A stretch of 14,016 nucleotides of DNA from Armatimonadetes bacterium CG06_land_8_20_14_3_00_66_21 (lineage in GTDB: Bacteria; Armatimonadota; Abditibacteriia; CG2-30-66-41). The stretch lies in assembly GCA_002779825.1 (NCBI GenBank), contig PEVN01000166.1, positions 1 to 14,016 on the forward strand, read 5' to 3'. The notes beneath the pieces were generated by a model. It was not told the origin of the DNA and ran no database searches. It saw only the letters and a program-made list of their open reading frames with translations. A program made the position numbers and the translations under genes. Of this stretch, positions 7,052-12,085 are shown in pieces (within the stretch, counting starts at the first letter, position 1; every line of letters starts with the position of its first letter).

Positions 7052-8134
7052 TTGACTCCGCAGCCGCGAGACCTTCCGAAACTCACAGCAGCAGGGCGCG
7101 ACGGCCTTCCCGGCCTCTTCGGTGCACAACAGGTGGTGTTCTCCGTGCAGGGACTCAAGACGCTGTTCGAGTGGTACAACCTGATCTACACGCTCCCGTT
7201 TGGGCTTTCGGTCCTCCTCATGATCGTCTCCGCCATGGGGCTGGGAGGGCACGACCACGACGTTTCCCCCGACGGCGGCCACGACCTCGACGCCGACCAC
7301 GATGTGGACGTAGATCATGACGTCGACGTAGATCACGACGTGGCCCTCGACCATGACCTCGACGTCGACCACGACCTGGCCGTGGACCACGACGTAGACG
7401 TGAACCACGACGTGGACATGGACCACGAAGTGGATCTGGACCATGACGCCGATCTGGACCACGACCTGGATCATGAGGTCGACTACGACTTGGCCGCCGA
7501 CCACGACGCTGACGCGGACGCGGACCACGGCGCAGACCACGAGGTCCATGCCTCCTCGAATGGAACGCACCACGGCGCGGATCATGGGGAAGGCATCTTC
7601 AAGGCACTCCTTTCACTGCTGGGTGTCGGCAAGGTACCGATCACCGTGCTTGTTCAGTCCTTCATGATCGCGTGGGCGATCATCGGGTGGAATGCGAACA
7701 TCTGGCTCGCCAAGGCCATGCGCGTGCCGGAGGTGTACATCCTCCCCTCCATGGCGGTCTCGTTCTTCGGCGCGCTCGCGGTGACGCGGCTCATGGCGAC
7801 GTGTCTGCACAAGCTCATGCCCAGTTCCGAGACCTACGCAAGGAGCCCGCTGGAGCTGCTCAGTGCTTCGGGCACCGCCCTCTTCAGGATTGACGGAAGC
7901 GGGGGGTACGCCGATGTCTACGATGAACAAGGAACGCTCCACCGGGTCCGCTGCCGTAGCCGTTACGGCGAGGTGCCGAAGGGCGCCAAGGTGACGCTGG
8001 TGGACTACCATGGCGACGGCCTCTACGAAGTAGCCGCCCCTACCCACAACGGTAGTAACGGCAACGGAGAAGCCAAAACGGGACCCGAGCCGCGGACGCG
8101 CTCCGTGGAAGTGCAAGCCGAGACGAGAAACTGA
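7052..8134 (+). CDS. NfeD-like (YuaF-type) membrane protein carrying an inserted His/Asp-rich hexapeptide repeat module. TTG start at 7052; GTG 7133/7136 is an alternative.
   Basis: Topology: TM1 (LIYTLPFGLSVLLMIVSAMGLGG), then a ~112-aa H/D-rich low-complexity region, then TM2/TM3 (VPITVLVQSFMIAWAIIGW…, VYILPSMAVSFFGALAVTRLMATCL). The C-terminus (GTALFRIDGSGGYADVYDEQGTLHRVRCRSRYGEVPKGAKVTLVDYHGDGLYEVAAP) has the pattern of the NfeD OB-fold beta-barrel. It sits immediately upstream of a flotillin gene, the canonical NfeD-SPFH pairing seen in B. subtilis yuaF-floT. Confidence 0.7.
   Translation: MTPQPRDLPKLTAAGRDGLPGLFGAQQVVFSVQGLKTLFEWYNLIYTLPFGLSVLLMIVSAMGLGGHDHDVSPDGGHDLDADHDVDVDHDVDVDHDVALDHDLDVDHDLAVDHDVDVNHDVDMDHEVDLDHDADLDHDLDHEVDYDLAADHDADADADHGADHEVHASSNGTHHGADHGEGIFKALLSLLGVGKVPITVLVQSFMIAWAIIGWNANIWLAKAMRVPEVYILPSMAVSFFGALAVTRLMATCLHKLMPSSETYARSPLELLSASGTALFRIDGSGGYADVYDEQGTLHRVRCRSRYGEVPKGAKVTLVDYHGDGLYEVAAPTHNGSNGNGEAKTGPEPRTRSVEVQAETRN
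7280..7525 (+). repeat. In-frame degenerate 18-nt tandem repeat, about 10 full units plus 3 partial, encoding (H-D-x-D-x-D)n. The whole H/D-rich region spans 7250-7585.
   Basis: Units read from the sequence: cacgacctcgacgccgac / cacgatgtggacgtagat / catgacgtcgacgtagat / cacgacgtggccctcgac / catgacctcgacgtcgac / cacgacctggccgtggac / cacgacgtagacgtgaac / cacgacgtggacatggac / cacgaagtggatctggac / catgacgccgatctggac, and so on. Units differ mainly at synonymous third positions (cac/cat, gac/gat, gtg/gta/gtc). Confidence 0.9.
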
Positions 8135-8172
8135 CCGCAACGAGATCGGCGCGGCACACCCGCGCACAACAA

Positions 8173-8179
8173 AAGGAGG
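8173..8179 (+). promoter_or_regulatory. Shine-Dalgarno site AAGGAGG, 8 nt upstream of the flotillin ATG
   Basis: The sequence is aaAAGGAGGagtcgcagATG. This is the canonical core with ideal spacing. Confidence 0.8.
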
Positions 8180-8187
8180 AGTCGCAG

Positions 8188-10098
8188 ATGAGTTGGGGGA
8201 TTCTGTTAGGCATGTTGGGCGTGGCGCTGATGATCACGCCATTCGTGAAGGGGAGCGTCGGCTCGCTGGGAGGCCTTATCCTCATGGGGTTCGGCGGGCT
8301 GCTCTTCGTGATCGACGTGCTGGTAATGGTCATCACGAAGCTGTATGTCAAGACCAGCGCCAATCAGGCATTCGTGCGCACGGGCAGCGGCGGGTCCAAG
8401 GTCGTGCTGGACGGCGGGTGCTTGGTCGTGCCCATCATCCACCGGGTGGTCCCGGTCTCGCTGGAAACCATGAAGCTCGATGTCGACCGGCGTGACCAGG
8501 AAGCGTTGATCACCAAGGACAACCTGCGCGTCGACGTGACCGGAGAGTTCTACATCAAGGTGGAGCCTGCCCGAGACGACATTCTCGCCGCCGCCCGCTC
8601 GTTGGGTGAGAAGTCGATCAACCCGGCGAATGTCTCGCAACTGGTCTTTGAGAAGCTGGTATCCGCGATTCGAAGCGTGGCTGCCACCATGGACTTGGTC
8701 GACCTGCACATGCGCCGAGACGACTTCGCGACCGCTGTCTTCGACAGCGTCCAGAACGAGCTGAAACCCAATGGTCTCACGCTGGAGACGGTCACCATCT
8801 CCCAGTTGGACCAGACCGACCCCAGCATGCTGAGCGATGAGAACATCTTCGATGCGCAAGGCAAGAAGAAGATCACCGAGATCACGGCTGCGGCCAAAGT
8901 CGAGCGGAACCGTTTGGAGCGCATGGCGGAGCAGGAGACAACGAAGCAGGACGTCGAGACGCGACAGCGCGTGCTGGACCTGGAGAAGGCCCAGAAGGAG
9001 GCCGAAGCGACCCAAGCCGCCGAGGTTGCCAACATCCAGGCTGGCAAGCAGCGCGAGAAGCAGGCGTACCAGATCGAGCAGGACCGGGCCGTGCTGGAAG
9101 CGGAGATCGCCAAGGACCAGCAAGTGAAGGAGCGGCAGATCGCCCAGGAGCAGTCGGTGGAGGTCGCTTCCATCCAGCGCGACAAGGCGTTGATCCTGCA
9201 ACGCCAGGAAAAGGAACAGACCGACATTGCTCGCGAGCAGGCGGTCCAGTCGTCGGAGATCGCCAAGGCGCAGGCCGTCGAGGTCGCCGAGCGGCAGAAG
9301 CAGATCGCCGTTGCCGAGCGGGATGCAGAACGCGCTCGCGCCGAGGAAGAAGCCCTGAAAGCTCAGGCTGCTCGGGAGTCCGCCAACCAGCAGGTCATCA
9401 CTGTTACCGCCGTCGCCGAAGCCGACCGCCATGCTCAGACCAAGCTGATCGAAGCCAAACAGGTGATCGAGCAGCAGAAGATCAAGGACCAGACGGAAGC
9501 CGACGTGCTGGCCTACACCGCCGTCAAAGAAGCTGAAGGCGACCAGGAAGCCGCCCAGCGAAAGGCAGACGCCCAACTCACCCTCGCCCAAGCCGCCGCC
9601 GAATCGAAGAAGCGCGAATCCGAAGGCGACAAGGCCATCAAGATGGTGGACGTCGAAGTCGAGCGCGAGCGGGTCAACGTCGAGCAGGCTCGGGTTGAGG
9701 TCGAGCGGCAGTCGCTGGAGAACACGCAGACCTTCGATAGGGCGGGCATTGAGCTGCAGAAGATCAAGCTCACCATCGAGGCCCAAAAGGAAGTGCAGAT
9801 CGCGCTGGCCAACAACATTGGTCAGTTCATGAGCCGCGGGCAATACACCGTGTACGGCGACCCCGACACGATGGCCAGCATGATGGAGCGGTTCATGAAA
9901 GGGCTGTCAATCGGGACGTTCGCCGACGGTCTGATAGCGGGCGCCTCGGAGGACGCCAAAGACGCCGTCCGCGGCCTCGCGCAGACCCTTGGCGGCCCAG
10001 TGGGCGCAGCCGTGGAGAAGCTCGTTGGCTCGGACACACCCGACGAGCCGGCACCCTCCGCGCCGGCCGATGCCGAGCCCGCCACCGCGGAGGCATAG
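8188..10098 (+). CDS. floT: flotillin-like protein, FloT/YuaG family: N-terminal membrane hairpin, SPFH/band-7 domain, long coiled coil
   Basis: 636 aa. Hydrophobic N-terminus. The SPFH region (FVRTGSGGSKVVLDGGCLVVPIIHRVVPVSLETMKLDV…ALITKDNLRVDVTGEFYIKV) aligns with B. subtilis FloT (VRGGGTFVLPVFQQAEPLSLLSSKLDV…) as recalled. After it comes ~350 aa of E/A/Q/K-rich heptad-like sequence (EAEATQAAEVANIQAG…ERQKQIAVAERDAERARAEEEALKAQAA…) and an acidic Pro/Ala tail. A strong RBS precedes it and the NfeD-like gene sits just upstream. Confidence 0.88.
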   Translation: MSWGILLGMLGVALMITPFVKGSVGSLGGLILMGFGGLLFVIDVLVMVITKLYVKTSANQAFVRTGSGGSKVVLDGGCLVVPIIHRVVPVSLETMKLDVDRRDQEALITKDNLRVDVTGEFYIKVEPARDDILAAARSLGEKSINPANVSQLVFEKLVSAIRSVAATMDLVDLHMRRDDFATAVFDSVQNELKPNGLTLETVTISQLDQTDPSMLSDENIFDAQGKKKITEITAAAKVERNRLERMAEQETTKQDVETRQRVLDLEKAQKEAEATQAAEVANIQAGKQREKQAYQIEQDRAVLEAEIAKDQQVKERQIAQEQSVEVASIQRDKALILQRQEKEQTDIAREQAVQSSEIAKAQAVEVAERQKQIAVAERDAERARAEEEALKAQAARESANQQVITVTAVAEADRHAQTKLIEAKQVIEQQKIKDQTEADVLAYTAVKEAEGDQEAAQRKADAQLTLAQAAAESKKRESEGDKAIKMVDVEVERERVNVEQARVEVERQSLENTQTFDRAGIELQKIKLTIEAQKEVQIALANNIGQFMSRGQYTVYGDPDTMASMMERFMKGLSIGTFADGLIAGASEDAKDAVRGLAQTLGGPVGAAVEKLVGSDTPDEPAPSAPADAEPATAEA

Positions 10099-10182
10099 CG
10101 CAAGCCGCAACAGACTCGACCAGGGAGCCGGCAGAGGGCTGGCTGGCTGCGCGCTTCGCGACTCCGGCCAGTCCCGCACCCC

Positions 10183-10189
10183 AAGGAGG
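10183..10189 (+). promoter_or_regulatory. Shine-Dalgarno site AAGGAGG, 8 nt upstream of the GTG start at 10198
   Basis: The sequence is ccAAGGAGGgacccgtcGTG. The core and spacing are identical to the flotillin RBS. Confidence 0.7.
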
Positions 10190-10197
10190 GACCCGTC

Positions 10198-10683
10198 GTG
10201 TCAACCGGACCACACGCCGTGCCAAGCCAGGAAGCCCTCACCGATCCGGTGGCCCAGTGGACGGGCCCGGCCGTGGACACCTTGGCCGTCTTCTGCAGCG
10301 ATGGGCGCTTCAAGCAGATGGTCGACCAGTTCCTCCGCGACGGGCTGAAGATTCCCAACTGCGATGTCTTCGCCGTGCCGGGCGGAGCAGGCTGGCTTAC
10401 CGTCGGGATGTTCAATCACAAGGAATGCGATGTCGCCAACCGCTGGCTCGACGCGCTGATCCAGAAACACAACCTGAAACGGGCCGTGCTGCTCGCCCAC
10501 GAAGATTGCGCCTTCTACAAGGAGAAATGCAAGGGTTCCAGCCCCCTGGAGATCCAGAAGCAGCAACTCACCGAGCTGCACGAGGCGGGCGACCGTCTGC
10601 AACGCATGGCCGGCAGTGTTCAGGTGGAGCTGTACTATGCGGACATCGTTGACGATCACGTGACGTTCAAACGGGTGAAGTAG
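10198..10683 (+). CDS. small (161 aa) protein with beta-carbonic-anhydrase-like zinc-ligand motifs (CxDxR … HxxC); a divergent or truncated beta-CA-fold protein
   Basis: FCSDGRF (C33, D35, R37), then CDVFAVPGGAG, then AVLLAHEDCAFY (H101, C104). Order and spacing mirror the beta-CA signatures C[SA]DSR … VxRNAGN … hhhhGHxxCG (compare E. coli CynT ISCSDSRL…VIRNAGN…IVICGHSNCGA, recalled). Third codon positions are GC-rich on the + frame, and an RBS precedes the GTG. The length-matched antisense ORF 10201-10686 is rejected. Confidence 0.45.
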   Translation: MSTGPHAVPSQEALTDPVAQWTGPAVDTLAVFCSDGRFKQMVDQFLRDGLKIPNCDVFAVPGGAGWLTVGMFNHKECDVANRWLDALIQKHNLKRAVLLAHEDCAFYKEKCKGSSPLEIQKQQLTELHEAGDRLQRMAGSVQVELYYADIVDDHVTFKRVK

Positions 10684-10727
10684 CACGGGACCGCCTCAAC
10701 CGTCCTCAACTGCCGCGGCGCGACCTC

Positions 10728-11699
10728 GTGTGGTTTGGGCTGTTTGCATTTGTCTACGTCCCTTTGTGCGTGACCCTCGAGGCCTCGGTGCCCTGCCGAG
10801 GCGGCCCCGACGAAGGGGACCACTACCTCTACATCCGCGCCCTGGGCGACACCTGCCGCCTCCCTATCCGGGCTCCGGTGTATGCGGGCCGCCTGGGAGG
10901 CGGTGACCGCGTCAGTCGCCAGATTCAGCATCCGCCCCTCTACTACCTGGTCGGAGCGGTGGTCTATCGGCTGGCAAAGCCTTGGGGACCGGCCGCGACA
11001 TGGAAGGCAGTGCGCGGCCTGAACATTGCTCTGGGTGTCGCAGCGCTGTACTTGTTGCTTCTCACCGCGCGCTTGGTCCTTTCCCGTCGTCGCGACCTCT
11101 CCTTCGCCCCGGTTGTGCTGTGTGCCTTGGTGCCCGCCTCCGCCTACTTGTCGTGTGTGGTCACCAATGAGACGGGGGCTGCGCCGTGCACCAGCGCAGT
11201 TCAGTATGCTTTGGCGCGCGTGATCTGGCTGGGACCGTCTCGACGCCGACTCGCGGCCTTGGCGCTGCTCCTCGGCTTGGGGGGGCTGACCAAGTACACG
11301 GTGCTGGTGTGGCTCCCTGCCTGCTTGTGCGTGGTGCCAGTGGTCGTGTGGCGTGCCCGGCGCAGTTGGCGCTTGGTGGCGGAGGGCGTAACGACCATCC
11401 TCACCGTCCCCTTGGCTGTGTGTGGGGGATGGTTCGTCCGGAACTACCTTCTCTACGGAGTCCCGGTGTTTCGCAACGTGATCAGCCCGCCCCTGTTCCC
11501 CGGCGGCTTGCCGCAGATCGCGGCTCTCCCTGACGAGCTGCTCCTGTCCTGCTGCCACTTGATCTACCGCTCGATCCCGATGGCGTGGACCCCCTATTGG
11601 CTGATCGCGCAAACCCCGGGCTGGACACGACTGCTCTGCAGAGGATCGTTCGTGATCACCGCGCCTATTGCGCTCGGCGCGGTTTTCAGGGCGGTTTAG
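10728..11699 (+). CDS. GT-C-fold glycosyltransferase, ArnT/PMT-like (GT83/GT39 type). This is the N-terminal 323 codons and it ends at an in-frame TAG (11697-11699).
   Basis: The first-loop motif PDEGDHYLYIRALGDT…KPWGP parallels E. coli ArnT [20 protein letters not shown]…KPIAGYW (recalled). A LLLGLGGLTKYTVLVWLPA segment parallels the ArnT GMGVMTKGFLALAVP motif. About 9-10 TM helices. GTG start. Confidence 0.7.
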   Translation: MWFGLFAFVYVPLCVTLEASVPCRGGPDEGDHYLYIRALGDTCRLPIRAPVYAGRLGGGDRVSRQIQHPPLYYLVGAVVYRLAKPWGPAATWKAVRGLNIALGVAALYLLLLTARLVLSRRRDLSFAPVVLCALVPASAYLSCVVTNETGAAPCTSAVQYALARVIWLGPSRRRLAALALLLGLGGLTKYTVLVWLPACLCVVPVVVWRARRSWRLVAEGVTTILTVPLAVCGGWFVRNYLLYGVPVFRNVISPPLFPGGLPQIAALPDELLLSCCHLIYRSIPMAWTPYWLIAQTPGWTRLLCRGSFVITAPIALGAVFRAV

Positions 11700-11717
11700 G
11701 TTCGGCGGCGGTGGGCC

Positions 11718-12041
11718 GTGCGCCGGCTCCGCCGCCGTGAGCTGTTCTTCCTGACCTCCACGCTGGCACTCCTCCTGCTCATTCTGGGGGGCTTCCGAGA
11801 GGCGTGTCTCGTGGATATGGGGGTGATGGTCTTCGTGGGACGCTACTACGTCGCCCTCTTCCCTGCCACGGCCCTATTGGCGGTGTGGTGGCTTCTCTCG
11901 CTGGGTAGGGCTTGGCGTCGTGCACCGCGGGCCGCCGCGTGTCTCGGCGTCTGCCTCCTTCTGGCCGTCTGGGCGGCCGCTTACCTGGGGGTCTCTCGGT
12001 TCTACAACCTCTACGGAGTCGGGGCGCCGCCGGAGTTGTAG
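11718..12041 (+). CDS. C-terminal three-TM segment, most likely the continuation of the GT-C glycosyltransferase. It is in the same frame as 10728-11699, separated only by the TAG and six sense codons.
   Basis: 11718 and 10728 are both multiples of 3. Reading through TAG gives …FRAV*VRRRWAVRRLRRRELFFLTSTLALLLLILGG… with 3 further TM helices. The combined length of ~438 codons and ~12-13 TM helices matches full-length GT-C enzymes. Confidence 0.5.
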   Translation: MRRLRRRELFFLTSTLALLLLILGGFREACLVDMGVMVFVGRYYVALFPATALLAVWWLLSLGRAWRRAPRAAACLGVCLLLAVWAAAYLGVSRFYNLYGVGAPPEL

Positions 12042-12085
12042 TCCGCCGCCGTCTGGCTCCCGCCCCGAAGGCCACAGGGCAAACG

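Noticed and set aside
7004-7585. 193-aa minus-strand ORF rich in Val/His (VVVHVHVVV…)
   Set aside because: It is the reverse-complement reading of the HDxDxD repeat (GTC/GTG/CAC codons), a mirror artefact of the coding repeat on the + strand. It would also start inside the + promoter region.
7250-7585. Whether the periodic repeat could be a CRISPR array or a minisatellite outside a gene
   Set aside because: The periodicity is 18 nt, in frame, inside a continuous ORF flanked by TM helices and an NfeD domain. There are no spacers of unique sequence and no repeat palindromicity, so it is a coding peptide repeat.
8206-9843. 545-aa and 238-aa minus-strand ORFs (8206-9843, 8550-9266) antisense to the flotillin gene
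   Set aside because: Leu/Asp/Gly-rich translations generated by the reverse complement of GAG/GCC/CAG-rich coiled-coil codons. The + strand protein has clear SPFH homology and a strong RBS.
10201-10686. 161-aa minus-strand ORF exactly mirroring the CA-like gene
   Set aside because: The + strand frame has GC-rich third positions, an AAGGAGG RBS and the beta-CA motifs. The minus ORF has none of these and would run against the local operon direction.
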